From positions 4,761-68,760 of the forward strand of contig CAJXWQ010000002.1 of assembly GCA_913062605.1 (NCBI GenBank): a DNA stretch of 64,000 bases. The letters run 5' to 3'. The DNA is from an uncultured Cellvibrionales bacterium (GTDB lineage: Bacteria > Pseudomonadota > Gammaproteobacteria > Pseudomonadales > Porticoccaceae). The notes below the pieces were generated by a model. The model searched no databases. It saw nothing but the letters and a program-made list of their open reading frames with translations, and was not told the origin of the DNA. Shown one piece after another: positions 1 through 10,463 of the stretch; the stretch's first letter is position 1; each line of letters begins with the position of its first letter. The translations under genes were made by a program, and so were the position numbers.

Positions 1-1349
1 TCAATCATCTCAAGATTGGCCTCTCCAGGGTTTTCCAAACGATGAGTTTCGCCTATAGGAATAAATGTCGATTCATTCTCAGACAACATAAATGTCTTAT
101 CACCCTTTGTGACTAAAGCCTTTCCGCTAACCACAACCCAATGCTCTGTACGGTGGCGGTGCTTTTGCAAAGACAAACAACCCCCTGGTTTCACAACAAT
201 CCGCTTAACTTGAAACCTGTCACCATTATCGATGGAATCATAGTAGCCCCAAGGACGATAGACTTTGCGATGGAGTTTCGCCTCAACCCTATCCATTGCC
301 TTTAGCCTATTAACTATACCCTTTACATCCTGAACACGATCTTTAGCAGCCACCATAATGGCATCATCGCTTTCTACAATAACGACATTCTCTAAACCAA
401 CCGTGGCAATCAATTTTCGGTCTGACTGTATAAAACAATTTTTAGTATCCAGCGCCAGTATATCGCCCTTGAGCATGTTGCCATCGTTGTCTTTATCAGA
501 AATCTCCCACAATGCAGACCAAGAACCCACGTCTCCCCAGCCACAGTCCATAGGCACCACAACGGCACTTTGTGTTTTTTCCATTACTGCATAATCTATC
601 GAGTCTTCCTGGCAACTTAAAAATATATCTGTATTAGGACGAATAAAATCATGATCAATTTCAGCTGAAGCCATAGCTTGCTCACAGGATTTATAAATAT
701 CAGGCCTATGCTGTTGAAGTTCTTCCAAATAACGGCTTGCCTTAAACATAAATATGCCGCTATTCCATAAGTAATCGCCACTGAAAAAATAAGCGACAGC
801 CGTTTCTTTATTAGGTTTTTCAACAAACTCAGCCACAACCATCGCTATACCATCATCAACCAAACCACCTTGCCTGATATAGCCATAACCAGTTTCTGCC
901 TTACTCGGAACGATGCCAAAGGTAACCAAACTGCCATCCTGCGCATAGGGTAATGCAGATTGAACCACTCGCTGGAAAGCCGATCTATCCTCAATAATAT
1001 GGTCAGCAGCCAGCACAAGTAGAACTGGCTCTTCATCCTCTCTCGAACCATCCAGCGCATGAAATGCTGCCAACGCCACCGCAGGTGCTGTATTTTTGCC
1101 CATTGGCTCAAGAATAATACCTCCCGAAGGATAATCACCAAAGCGCAATTGTTCAGCCACCGTAAAACGATGATCTTCACCACAAATAAAGATCGGCGGC
1201 TGGTGCTCAATACCATTTAAGCGTTCACAGGTATCCTGCAACATTGTATTTTCACTCACCAACGGCAGAAACTGCTTAGGATGCAAAGAGCGCGACAATG
1301 GCCACAAACGGCTACCAGAGCCACCCGCCATGATTATGGGTAAAATCAT
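1..1349 (-). CDS. manC: Mannose-1-phosphate guanylyltransferase / mannose-6-phosphate isomerase (ManC/CpsB type); C-terminus lies beyond the window edge
   Basis: Not in the ORF track because there is no stop inside the window. Reverse strand from ATG at 1349-1347 reads MILPIIMAGGSGSRLWPLSR (nucleotidyltransferase Gly loop). Reverse strand of 59-2 reads PIGETHRLENPGEANLEMI (cupin/PMI motif). It starts 4 nt after the stop of the upstream gene. Confidence 0.9.
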   Translation of the reverse strand, partial: MILPIIMAGGSGSRLWPLSRSLHPKQFLPLVSENTMLQDTCERLNGIEHQPPIFICGEDHRFTVAEQLRFGDYPSGGIILEPMGKNTAPAVALAAFHALDGSREDEEPVLLVLAADHIIEDRSAFQRVVQSALPYAQDGSLVTFGIVPSKAETGYGYIRQGGLVDDGIAMVVAEFVEKPNKETAVAYFFSGDYLWNSGIFMFKASRYLEELQQHRPDIYKSCEQAMASAEIDHDFIRPNTDIFLSCQEDSIDYAVMEKTQSAVVVPMDCGWGDVGSWSALWEISDKDNDGNMLKGDILALDTKNCFIQSDRKLIATVGLENVVIVESDDAIMVAAKDRVQDVKGIVNRLKAMDRVEAKLHRKVYRPWGYYDSIDNGDRFQVKRIVVKPGGCLSLQKHRHRTEHWVVVSGKALVTKGDKTFMLSENESTFIPIGETHRLENPGEANLEMI

Positions 1350-1353
1350 TCTT

Positions 1354-2169
1354 TTATCTATCTCCAGAAAAATAGTTAAACAATCTTTTATAAAAAGGTT
1401 TTGGTTTGGAAAACTTACCTATAATTATCTCTTCATCTGTTGTCTCATTGTGCCACTCTGGTAGCTTAAGACCATTTTCCAAAATACTTTTGTAGCAATT
1501 TAAAGTCACTATACCTTCCGAAGTACTTTCACCAAAAACTGCCCAATTTTCTTGAGTGACATAAGTTCGGTGTGATAAAGGTTTTTTAACCTGCTGTTTA
1601 TGCTTATCCATTATGCTCGCATATGGGATTACATCAGGAAAAGATTCAAAAAGTTGACGAATTACTTTCACTCGCACGAATTGATGTATCCATATCTGTT
1701 CATACCCGCTTCTCTCCAAATAAACGTTATCAGCATCATCCGTAATACTATTACCAGTCAGGTATTTATCTTTTAGCATTCTCCTGACTCGACAAAATAG
1801 CACCCCACTTACACTAGACTGTTCCTGTAGAGAGAGCCATTTATACGTTTGTTCAATTTTAGGAAGATTCAATTCAACTGGATACTTGTCATCAATACAC
1901 CAATAAATCAGTTCTTCATCATGCAAATCCCTCAAAAGCGTTAGGACTGTTTCCTTGATATCTGGCGGAGTTTTTATATATTCCACACCCACCAAGGTTT
2001 CTGATAATTCTTGGTAGGGAACCCTAAATTGAAATGGATGATCTGGCCACACTTCTCTGTATTTCACTATCATATGATCGGTCAGGGTGCGATATTTATC
2101 ATAGGTCAATACAACTGCTTTGATTCTATCCATATCCATATCCATATCCATATCCATATCCATATCCAT
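1354..2169 (-). CDS. Hypothetical protein of the polysaccharide locus with an N-terminal (Met-Asp)7 repeat
   Basis: 271-aa ORF in an operon-like position between fcl and manC. I recognise no motif. The N-terminus is encoded by a hexanucleotide microsatellite. Confidence 0.55.
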   Translation of the reverse strand: MDMDMDMDMDMDMDRIKAVVLTYDKYRTLTDHMIVKYREVWPDHPFQFRVPYQELSETLVGVEYIKTPPDIKETVLTLLRDLHDEELIYWCIDDKYPVELNLPKIEQTYKWLSLQEQSSVSGVLFCRVRRMLKDKYLTGNSITDDADNVYLERSGYEQIWIHQFVRVKVIRQLFESFPDVIPYASIMDKHKQQVKKPLSHRTYVTQENWAVFGESTSEGIVTLNCYKSILENGLKLPEWHNETTDEEIIIGKFSKPKPFYKRLFNYFSGDR

Positions 2170-2172
2170 ATC
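2128..2172. repeat. Hexanucleotide microsatellite (CATATC)n on + strand, equal to (ATGGAT)7 on the coding strand
   Basis: Direct reading of 2128-2172. It encodes MDMDMDMDMDMDMD. The AAGGA Shine-Dalgarno sits 1 nt from the first ATG. Confidence 0.95.
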
Positions 2173-2242
2173 CTTAAGACTTCTATGCTTATAATATTAA
2201 TTTTTCTGTATGAGGGAACATTTTAAATTGATGCGTATAAAC

Positions 2243-3208
2243 TCACTTTCTAAACAAACTTTTATTTTCCAAAAACCACTTGTAAGTCCTAGCCAACCCC
2301 TTCTCTAGCTCAATACTGCAACTCCAACCTAACTTAGCCAATCTATTTACATCCATTAATTTACGCGGTGCACCATCGGGTTTAGAAGCATCAAAAATTA
2401 TAGATCCTTCAAACCCTACAACTTTCTTCATGGTTTCAGCCATTTCACGAATCGTACAATCTACTCCCGTGCCAACATTAACGTGAGACAACATAGCCTC
2501 TGTATTCGCTTGGTAGGCACCCTTATTCAGATTCATTACGTATACACAGGCTGCCGCCATATCATCTACATGTAAAAACTCCCTCATGGGCTTGCCACTG
2601 CCCCAAACAACAACCTCTTTATCACCAGCCAATTTTGCCCCATGAAAACGACGCATCAAAGCAGGTATCACATGGGAATTTTCTAGATGAAAATTATCAT
2701 TCTCACCATACAAATTGGTCGGCATTACACTGCGATAATCACGCCCATACTGACGATTGTACGACTCACACAACTTAATTCCTGCAATTTTGGCAATAGC
2801 GTAAGGCTCATTAGTTGGCTCCAGCAAGCCAGTTAACAATGCATCCTCCCGCATAGGCTGCTCTGCCAATTTAGGGTAAATACAAGAGGAGCCTAAAAAC
2901 AACAATTTATCCACACCAGTCACATGAGCTGCGTGAATAATATTGTTTTGTATCATCAGGTTCTGATAAATGAACTCTGCGGGATATTCATTGTTGGCAT
3001 GTATGCCGCCTACTTTAGCCGCCGCAAGATACACTTGGTCTATCGGTTCAGTTGCAAAAACCCCCATTACATCAGACTGATTAATCAAATCCAACTCCCC
3101 GCGATCTCGGGTAATCACTTCAACATCATTAACCTGTTCAAGTTTACGGGCAATTGCAGAACCAACCATTCCTTTATGACCTGCAACGAATACTCTTATC
3201 TTGTTCAT
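2243..3208 (-). CDS. fcl: GDP-L-fucose synthase (GDP-4-keto-6-deoxymannose 3,5-epimerase/4-reductase), copy 1
   Basis: 321 aa. N-terminal Rossmann motif [11 protein letters not shown]; SDR-type fold; high similarity to the second copy at 15321-16286; adjacent to gmd. Confidence 0.9.
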   Translation of the reverse strand: MNKIRVFVAGHKGMVGSAIARKLEQVNDVEVITRDRGELDLINQSDVMGVFATEPIDQVYLAAAKVGGIHANNEYPAEFIYQNLMIQNNIIHAAHVTGVDKLLFLGSSCIYPKLAEQPMREDALLTGLLEPTNEPYAIAKIAGIKLCESYNRQYGRDYRSVMPTNLYGENDNFHLENSHVIPALMRRFHGAKLAGDKEVVVWGSGKPMREFLHVDDMAAACVYVMNLNKGAYQANTEAMLSHVNVGTGVDCTIREMAETMKKVVGFEGSIIFDASKPDGAPRKLMDVNRLAKLGWSCSIELEKGLARTYKWFLENKSLFRK

Positions 3209-3272
3209 CTACCTTCCAACATAACAAAAAGCCCCAGCGTAAGAGCTGGGGCAAGAAAAATTCTCTCAAAAA

Positions 3273-4394
3273 TCATTCAACAGAGATATTCACACTGTAA
3301 CCATGAGACTTTAGCAAAGCATGCCGTTTAGCCTGTTCCAAGTCGTTAGCCACCATCTCTGCGCACATTTCTTCAACCGTTATTTCTGGCTCCCAACCTA
3401 GGCTATTTTTCGCTTTACTGGGATCACCCAAAAGCGTTTCAACTTCAGCGGGGCGGAAGTAACGCGGATCAACACGCACAACCACATCTCCCACTTGTAA
3501 TAGCGATGCATTATCACCCGTTATTTTGGAAACACTGGCAATTTCATCAACACCTTTACCGCTAAACATCAATTCAATACCCAACTCTTTCGCACTCATA
3601 CGCACAAACTCACGCACTGAAATTTGCTTACCTGTAGCAATAACAAAATCTTCTGGAGTATCTTGCTGGAGCATCATCCATTGCATACGAACATAATCTT
3701 TGGCGTGCCCCCAATCGCGTAAGGCATCCATATTCCCCAAGTACAAACAGTCTTCTAGGCCCTGAGAAATATTGGCCAGTGCTCGAGTTATTTTCCTAGT
3801 AACAAAGGTTTCTCCTCGGCGAGGGGACTCATGATTAAAAAGAATTCCATTACACGCGTACAAACCATAGGCTTCGCGATAATTAACCGTAGTCCAGTAC
3901 GCATACAGTTTTGCCACCGCATAGGGTGAGCGAGGATGAAACGGAGTAGTCTCCGTTTGAGGTGTTTCCTTCACCAGCCCATAAAGTTCTGATGTAGATG
4001 CCTGATAAAACCTGGTTTTCTTCTCCAGACCCAAGAAGCGGATTGCTTCCAGTAGACGTAAAGTGCCTATCGCATCGACATCAGCAGTGTACTCCGGAGA
4101 CTCAAATGATACAGCGACATGAGACTGGGCACCCAGGTTATAAACTTCATCTGGCTGAATTTCTTGCAAAAGACGCGTGAGATTCGACGTATCCGTCAAA
4201 TCACCATAGTGCAAATGTAACTTGGGATTAAGTTCATGAGGATCCTGATAAATATGGTCGATACGCTCAGTATTAAATGAAGAAGAACGACGCTTAACCC
4301 CATGCACCGTGTATCCTTTTTCTAACAAAAATTCAGCTAGATATGAGCCATCTTGGCCAGTGATACCTGTGATTAATGCAACCTTTCCAACCAT
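3273..4394 (-). CDS. gmd: GDP-mannose 4,6-dehydratase, copy 1
   Basis: 373 aa. [24 protein letters not shown]-terminus and the conserved [16 protein letters not shown] segment are typical of Gmd. Confidence 0.93.
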   Translation of the reverse strand: MVGKVALITGITGQDGSYLAEFLLEKGYTVHGVKRRSSSFNTERIDHIYQDPHELNPKLHLHYGDLTDTSNLTRLLQEIQPDEVYNLGAQSHVAVSFESPEYTADVDAIGTLRLLEAIRFLGLEKKTRFYQASTSELYGLVKETPQTETTPFHPRSPYAVAKLYAYWTTVNYREAYGLYACNGILFNHESPRRGETFVTRKITRALANISQGLEDCLYLGNMDALRDWGHAKDYVRMQWMMLQQDTPEDFVIATGKQISVREFVRMSAKELGIELMFSGKGVDEIASVSKITGDNASLLQVGDVVVRVDPRYFRPAEVETLLGDPSKAKNSLGWEPEITVEEMCAEMVANDLEQAKRHALLKSHGYSVNISVE

Positions 4395-4408
4395 AACTAT
4401 CTTACATC

Positions 4409-5644
4409 CTATTTTTTTGTAACAACCCTCTGTAGGTCAACCACAAAACGATCAATGACGGTTTTAATATTAAAATTCTCAATAGCATAACACCGAGCAA
4501 CCTCATTAGTCCGTTGAGTATCTATATTCAGACAGCCTTGCAATTCAGTAACAAAGGCATCTACATTCTCTGGTTCCACACGAGCATATATACCTGGGAA
4601 TCTTTCAGCCACTGAACCTAGCTCGGTATTCGCTTCCGCCGTCACTAATGCGTACCCACCAACGGAAAGTATGTTCGTCAACTTTGAAGGCATCATTGCA
4701 TCAGCAACCCCCTTTTTTTGCACCACTAAATGAATGTCGGCTAAAGCCAACATCTCAGGCACACGCTCCCAAGGCTGCAATGGCATAAAGAAAACATTAT
4801 CCAATTGCTGTTCTTTCGCCATACTTTTTAATGTATCCGCGTATACCCCAGCGCCGACCAATACAAATTTCAATTCTGGAAGAAACGTAAGTTTTTTGGC
4901 GGCATAGAGCAACATTTCCAAGCCTTGCTTACTGCCTATATTACCGGCATACAAAACAACTTTATCATTAGGCCGAAACCCCCATTCGGCTTTAAGCCTA
5001 CTGCCATCTGTTGTTGGGGTAACAAATTCAGTATCTGACCAATTAGGAAAACAAATGACTTGATCTTCACCAACACCTTTACTTATAACATTCTCCATCA
5101 TGCTATAAGAAATAGTAGATACCGCATCAAAGTGACTCATCAACCAGCGCTCGATAAACTTTGCAATACGCGCGGCTTTCCCATTGATCATTAAACCCAG
5201 ACCAAACATGACATCTACTTCAAAGTCCTGAATGTGCATCACCGATTTAGCACCTGTCAACTTACAATACAGCAGCGCCGCAGGTGCGCAAAATAAGGTG
5301 GGCTGCACCAAAAACAGTACATCTGGCTTCAACCTTAGAAGTGTCGCCAAACGCAGTAATGAGCTAAAAGCAAAACTAAACAGGTGAAACAATCGTTTTA
5401 AGGTAGTCGCACGCTTTGGTACATAGAGTGGACAACGATAGACAATGGCACCATCTTCCTCTAACTCTTTCGTCCACCAATTAGCAAAGCCTTTATGACG
5501 TCTCCACTCTGGATAATAGGGTTGAGCTGTAACGACATGAGTTTGAATACCTCGGCATTCAAACTCAGAGGCCAACTCACCATTGTATTTTCCGATACCA
5601 GTTAGTTCCGGCGCATAATTAATACTATATAAAAGAATTTTCAT
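4409..5644 (-). CDS. Group 1 glycosyltransferase, WcaI-like (colanic-acid-type)
   Basis: 411 aa. [20 protein letters not shown]..., [19 protein letters not shown] closely follow the E. coli WcaI pattern as I recall it. Confidence 0.8.
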   Translation of the reverse strand: MKILLYSINYAPELTGIGKYNGELASEFECRGIQTHVVTAQPYYPEWRRHKGFANWWTKELEEDGAIVYRCPLYVPKRATTLKRLFHLFSFAFSSLLRLATLLRLKPDVLFLVQPTLFCAPAALLYCKLTGAKSVMHIQDFEVDVMFGLGLMINGKAARIAKFIERWLMSHFDAVSTISYSMMENVISKGVGEDQVICFPNWSDTEFVTPTTDGSRLKAEWGFRPNDKVVLYAGNIGSKQGLEMLLYAAKKLTFLPELKFVLVGAGVYADTLKSMAKEQQLDNVFFMPLQPWERVPEMLALADIHLVVQKKGVADAMMPSKLTNILSVGGYALVTAEANTELGSVAERFPGIYARVEPENVDAFVTELQGCLNIDTQRTNEVARCYAIENFNIKTVIDRFVVDLQRVVTKK

Positions 5645-6201
5645 TAATTATTAATACGTGGTTTCATGGGCTTCGCAGGATATCCATAACAAACCATACT
5701 CTCCGGCATATCAGATAACACAGTACTTCTAGCCCCAACAACCGAACCTTTCCCAATAGCTACACCTGGAGCAATAAATACATCAGTAGCAATCCAAGCC
5801 CCATCATTAACTATTATTTTTTGTGCGAAAATATCAAAATTAGGCTTTTCATAATCATGGGAGGCTGCACATAAGTATGATTTCTGACTAATCACCACAT
5901 CATCGCCAATTTCGATCTCACCAAGGCTATAAAGCTCAGCATTATCACCAATCCAAACCCTATTCCCAATCTTTACTTTCCAAGGGTAAGTCACCCGCAC
6001 CGATGGGCGAATCAGCACATCAGCACCTAGCACTGCCCCAAAAGCTTTAAGTAAAAATCGACGCCAACCAAACATGAACTGTGGCGACATCGCAAACAGT
6101 GTTGATTGCACCAACCACCATAATTGCACCACGACTGCAGAGCGACCACGAAAACCTTTTGGCAAGCTAAATTGATTAAGCTTTTGATAGCCCCTATCCA
6201 T
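5644..6201 (-). CDS. Hexapeptide-repeat O-acetyltransferase, WcaF-like
   Basis: 185 aa. LPKGFRGRSAVVVQLWW..., IRPSVRVTYPWKVKIG and SYLCAASHD resemble WcaF. ATGA-type overlap with both neighbours. Confidence 0.8.
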   Translation of the reverse strand: MDRGYQKLNQFSLPKGFRGRSAVVVQLWWLVQSTLFAMSPQFMFGWRRFLLKAFGAVLGADVLIRPSVRVTYPWKVKIGNRVWIGDNAELYSLGEIEIGDDVVISQKSYLCAASHDYEKPNFDIFAQKIIVNDGAWIATDVFIAPGVAIGKGSVVGARSTVLSDMPESMVCYGYPAKPMKPRINN

Positions 6202-7139
6202 CAGAGTTTAATCCCGTGGTCTTCATAAAGGATACGACGTATCTCTTTCACATCACCACCACTTTTCTCTTCAATTTCCATAATCTTCACATCCACCAAC
6301 ATGCGATACCAGTAACCCTGCATAAAATGCCAGACAAACCCTTTACTTCCATCAAGAAAGCCCAAGCGTAAAAAATATCGATAAATAAAGTACAAAGTTG
6401 AACGCAAAGCAAGTGGCAACTTTGAGTACACGTCATCCTTCAAAATACGCTTCCATTTTGCTTGTGGATCATCGTTTTCTTTCAGCGAATCATCACGTTC
6501 AAGCAAGTCGTATTTATTGTTCAGCAAATCCACCATTTCACGTGATGCATAGGAGTTATGTTTATTTATCCAGAAAGTAATACCTTTAAGGTTATCATCT
6601 ACCAAGTGCCCTTTGGGCATTTCAGTCTTTGAGCCTGTAGGTAACAAGATATGCTCATCCATCCAGCGCTGCTCTATACGGCCTTGACCGTTGCGCCAAA
6701 TGCGAAGCAACGTATGCGGGTAAAAGCCACCGTGACGAATCCACTTACCATAAAAGAAAACTTTACGCCGAATATAGAAGCCTGTGATTTCATCGTTCAC
6801 ATCACTCAATGCTTGAGGCAGCTCCTCAAGCAAGTCCGGCTCAAGGTATTCATCGGCATCCATGCGCATCACCCATTCCGAATCAGCACCACAGTTATCC
6901 AGCCCCCACTGGAATTGATCAGCATAATTTTTCCACTTACGTTGCTTTACTTCAGCACCAAGCGACTTAGCTATTTCAACCGTGTTATCCGCTGAAAATG
7001 AGTCCACAATGAATATTCTTGAAGCAATCGTTTGTAATGAACGAATACAACGCTCAATATGAACCTCTTCATTATGCGTGAGAACGACAACGATTAAGGA
7101 CGATTCCCTATTCATATTTCTTCTTCCCTGACTCGGCAA
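6201..7139 (-). CDS. Family 2 glycosyltransferase
   Basis: 312 aa. VVVLTHNEE...IVDSFSADNT...MDADE pattern (GT-A with DxD-like motif). Alternative start ATG at 7115 (MNRESS...) overlaps the upstream stop. Confidence 0.8.
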   Translation of the reverse strand: MPSQGRRNMNRESSLIVVVLTHNEEVHIERCIRSLQTIASRIFIVDSFSADNTVEIAKSLGAEVKQRKWKNYADQFQWGLDNCGADSEWVMRMDADEYLEPDLLEELPQALSDVNDEITGFYIRRKVFFYGKWIRHGGFYPHTLLRIWRNGQGRIEQRWMDEHILLPTGSKTEMPKGHLVDDNLKGITFWINKHNSYASREMVDLLNNKYDLLERDDSLKENDDPQAKWKRILKDDVYSKLPLALRSTLYFIYRYFLRLGFLDGSKGFVWHFMQGYWYRMLVDVKIMEIEEKSGGDVKEIRRILYEDHGIKL

Positions 7140-8268
7140 TCATTTTATAAGCCTCAACCCACTGCTCACCAATCACACCCCAACTATATCGATCTTCCAC
7201 GAATGCCCTAGCTCTTTCCCCTATTTGCATTCTTTCTTCCAACGACCAGTTGCAAGCAATAATAATTGCCTCTGTTAGCGGTTCCAACTCCGGCTCAACA
7301 AGAAGCCCGCCACCCTCTTGCCAATCACTTAAGCCAGTCATCGTCGTCGTAATAGTTGGTGTAAATGAAGCTGTTGATTCCAAGTTGACCAAAGCTACCA
7401 CATCAGAATAGGAAGGGATTACAGTACACCACGCCTTTTGCAGCAGTTCACTTTTCCCATCACCATGCACCGAACCAACAAAAGAAACCTTTCCAGATAA
7501 CCCTAACCTTTCAACCAGAGCCTTTAACTTGGCAGTATAGTCAGCATCAAAATCAGGTCCGGCTATCATTAGTCGAACATTCTCTACGGATGCCTTTTTG
7601 AATGCCCTGATTAACAAATCAACACCTTTTTTGGGGTGAAGCCTGCCAATGAATAACAGAAAATGGTCAGTATCCGGAGCCACCTGATTCGAACTATATT
7701 CTACAAGGTCTATTGCATTGGAGATATGCACTTGAGGCACGTCAGGGAATTCTTGAGCCAACGTAACTGACTCCTGATTAGTAATTACATGAACAAAATC
7801 CACACGACTAAGAAATGGCCTTAAAACAACGACCCAATAGAGCCTTTTCAACCAAAAATAGAGGTGTCCTTTTTGCTTCCACAGCCAAGGCTCAAGCATA
7901 CCGTGTGGACTGATTAAGACAGGCACGCCCTCTCCTTTTGAACCTAATACACCAATAACCTGAATAAATGTCAGAACTCCATGCACATGCACTAGATCCG
8001 GATCAAAACTATTGATTTCCTTCCTTACAGTTGGATACATCCGATGATGAACCCGGAGCATTCTGCCCAAGGAGTTTTTTTGCATTCCTACGCCATAAAC
8101 TGGTAGTTGCTTTACCAAGGATTTATTTTCACATACATCATCAACAGAGTATGCCAAAACCTTAGATTCAAAAAGTGCTGCCGAACAATATTTGATAATA
8201 TGTGTCAAAACTTGTGCCACACCAAAAAGAGTTGATCCATATGATTCAGATATAAATAATATTTTCAT
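7108..8268 (-). CDS. Group 1 (GT4-like) glycosyltransferase
   Basis: 386 aa. GT-B pattern, with MKILFISESYG N-terminus and FIGRLHPKKG plus an E-rich C-terminal half. Confidence 0.75.
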   Translation of the reverse strand: MKILFISESYGSTLFGVAQVLTHIIKYCSAALFESKVLAYSVDDVCENKSLVKQLPVYGVGMQKNSLGRMLRVHHRMYPTVRKEINSFDPDLVHVHGVLTFIQVIGVLGSKGEGVPVLISPHGMLEPWLWKQKGHLYFWLKRLYWVVVLRPFLSRVDFVHVITNQESVTLAQEFPDVPQVHISNAIDLVEYSSNQVAPDTDHFLLFIGRLHPKKGVDLLIRAFKKASVENVRLMIAGPDFDADYTAKLKALVERLGLSGKVSFVGSVHGDGKSELLQKAWCTVIPSYSDVVALVNLESTASFTPTITTTMTGLSDWQEGGGLLVEPELEPLTEAIIIACNWSLEERMQIGERARAFVEDRYSWGVIGEQWVEAYKMIAESGKKKYE

Positions 8269-8271
8269 GAT

Positions 8272-9192
8272 TCAACTGCCCTTCAACCACTTTGGAAGTG
8301 GAGACGAACAAACTTGGTTAATCAACTCCACCAAATTCTTTCTGTCATTTTCATAGTATGCATCTAACAGGCAAACTACCTTATCTGAAAATTTGTTTTC
8401 AGACTTTGATTTATTCAAAGAGTGGTGAATATCTCGAATATTAGATCTAACATGCGGCATTTTACTTAGGGCTGGTTCAAGCATTGCATTGCATTTTAAT
8501 GCGAACCTGTAGATTTTTGGCCATTTTGCATTAATAGTTGGGTTTTCCACTTGGTACTGAAAAGATTTATAGAAAATTGGATCCAAGTTTAAAAAACCAC
8601 AAATTCTTTCCATTTCACCTGCCGGAAAAGCAGCTATATTCTCTGTGAATGTGACATATATTTGATCACGTGGAACTGATGCAATTACATTAGCCAATAG
8701 ATTGGAATATAGACCTCTTTCAATTTCGGTTGATAGCTCTTCCAAATCATCTGAACTGTTAAACATCGAAAGATCAGGCTTATCTTCTAGCATGTTTTCA
8801 ATATAACATTCAAAAGATGTACTATCATCTATAGTTCCAGATCTTTTTATCGCCTTATACGCAGATTGAATGCGATCTACCGGGTTTCGAAGCATCAGTA
8901 TTAGCTTTGCATCAGGGATTAATTCGACAATCCGCTTGGGAATAGTGTCACTCTTTCTCATGTAATTTGGGCTAGCTTCGAGAATGATTTTTTCATAGCC
9001 CTTGTAACCTTTGAAATAGGTTCCGTACTCTTTGATTACTTCACTGGAAGTGTAATGATCATAAAACACATTCAATTCTTTTTTTGCTGCAGTAAATACA
9101 GCTGGATGAGCTGACAAATAGCGAAATAAAGAAGTAGTCCCGCACCGCATAATGCCAACAATAATGGCATTCGGTAGTTTATTCATATTCAT
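8272..9192 (-). CDS. PAPS-dependent sulfotransferase family protein
   Basis: 306 aa. 5'-PSB-like IIVGIMRCGTTSL and 3'-PB-like LRNPVDRIQSAY motifs. Confidence 0.75.
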   Translation of the reverse strand: MNMNKLPNAIIVGIMRCGTTSLFRYLSAHPAVFTAAKKELNVFYDHYTSSEVIKEYGTYFKGYKGYEKIILEASPNYMRKSDTIPKRIVELIPDAKLILMLRNPVDRIQSAYKAIKRSGTIDDSTSFECYIENMLEDKPDLSMFNSSDDLEELSTEIERGLYSNLLANVIASVPRDQIYVTFTENIAAFPAGEMERICGFLNLDPIFYKSFQYQVENPTINAKWPKIYRFALKCNAMLEPALSKMPHVRSNIRDIHHSLNKSKSENKFSDKVVCLLDAYYENDRKNLVELINQVCSSPLPKWLKGS

Positions 9193-9662
9193 ACCCTGTG
9201 AAAAGATGAAAACTCAAATCCACACTCCGGAACACATTGAAGCAAAGGATTCTTAGAAAAAAACTTAATGTGGCCAAAGTCTCGAAGAGGGTGCTCAATA
9301 ACCTCCAGTGAAACTACAATATCAAATTGACCTTTATATTGTTCAGGAAGTTCTTTATTTATATCCTGCTGAAAAAAATCTATTTTAGGGAACTGGTTTT
9401 TAGCAACTTCAACACCCGAAATACTGTGGTCATATGCATTTACTTGACCACCCTCACTCGCCAATCTAGCAGAAAATACTCCGTTTCCGCATCCAAGGTC
9501 TAACATCTTCAACTGTTTACCGGGATACTTGATGACAATTTTCCTAATTTCACTTAAGACATCTGGAGCCAAGTAAGCATGAGAGTCCGGTGTTTCCAAA
9601 TCCACCCAATTAAACTCGTGAGAACTTATCGAACTATTTGAGCCTGTATCAACTTGTTTCAT
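9189..9662 (-). CDS. Class I SAM-dependent methyltransferase, unusually short (possibly internally deleted)
   Basis: 157 aa. Motif I LDLGCGNGVF and EVIEH are present, but the region after EVIEH is much shorter than in related LPS-cluster methyltransferases I recall. 4-nt overlap with the sulfotransferase start. Confidence 0.55.
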   Translation of the reverse strand: MKQVDTGSNSSISSHEFNWVDLETPDSHAYLAPDVLSEIRKIVIKYPGKQLKMLDLGCGNGVFSARLASEGGQVNAYDHSISGVEVAKNQFPKIDFFQQDINKELPEQYKGQFDIVVSLEVIEHPLRDFGHIKFFSKNPLLQCVPECGFEFSSFHRV

Positions 9663-9728
9663 AACCCCTACTGTTTTGATTTAAATTAAAAATAAAATCA
9701 CCAGAAACTCTGTGAAAAAACTCTCTTC

Positions 9729-10463
9729 TCATAACACAAAGCCTTCTTTCCGCTTAAAATACTCATTATCTTGAGACAGTAATTTAATTGGTTTAGCGGG
9801 CACGCCGCCATATAAGAAATTTTCTTGTTCATAAGTTTCTGTTAAGCATGCTGATGCACCTAAAACACAGAAGCTTGGAAGCTTTGATCCTGACAGGAGC
9901 GTCACACTTGTGCTCACAAAGCAATAGTCACCAATTGAAACCGGTGAACTTCTCTGTTTGCTATCCTTTAAATCAATAGCATGTGTAAGAATTTGAGAGC
10001 GAAAGCCCGCAAAAGTAGTGAATTCGCCAATTTCCACCAAATTACAGCAATCTATTAAATGACGATTCGTTATTGCTGAATGTCTTCCAACCAATAGCTC
10101 AGGTCTTCTACCTTCTTCATCCCCAAAGGCCTTAGCCTCAATGGGCACTGCTGTTATCCAATTTAAATTCCCAATAATTCCATACGCGCCAACCTTTAGA
10201 AGAGACAACCCCTTACATAAAGTTAAGTTTCCAATCCTTGAATTTTCTCCCATGATTAAATGCTTAGGATAAATAAGTGATTTACCTATGCGAGCACTCG
10301 AATGTATTTCATAACCTAGGAGTTTCACAAGAAGTAAACGCTTAAAATATTGTGGAAGAAAAATGCTGAATGAAGCAACAATAAACCGAACATTCTTCGA
10401 ACGATTTTTTAAATTACCCTTGCCCATAAATTTTTCCTTTTGCAAGCCTCTCAACCAGTGCAT
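9729..10463 (-). CDS. Left-handed beta-helix (hexapeptide) acyl/acetyltransferase
   Basis: 244 aa with repeated [LIV]G hexapeptide-like segments (IGENSRIGNLT, VGAYGIIGNL, IGDYCFV). The start is uncertain; ATG at 10427 is an alternative. Confidence 0.65.
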   Translation of the reverse strand: MHWLRGLQKEKFMGKGNLKNRSKNVRFIVASFSIFLPQYFKRLLLVKLLGYEIHSSARIGKSLIYPKHLIMGENSRIGNLTLCKGLSLLKVGAYGIIGNLNWITAVPIEAKAFGDEEGRRPELLVGRHSAITNRHLIDCCNLVEIGEFTTFAGFRSQILTHAIDLKDSKQRSSPVSIGDYCFVSTSVTLLSGSKLPSFCVLGASACLTETYEQENFLYGGVPAKPIKLLSQDNEYFKRKEGFVL

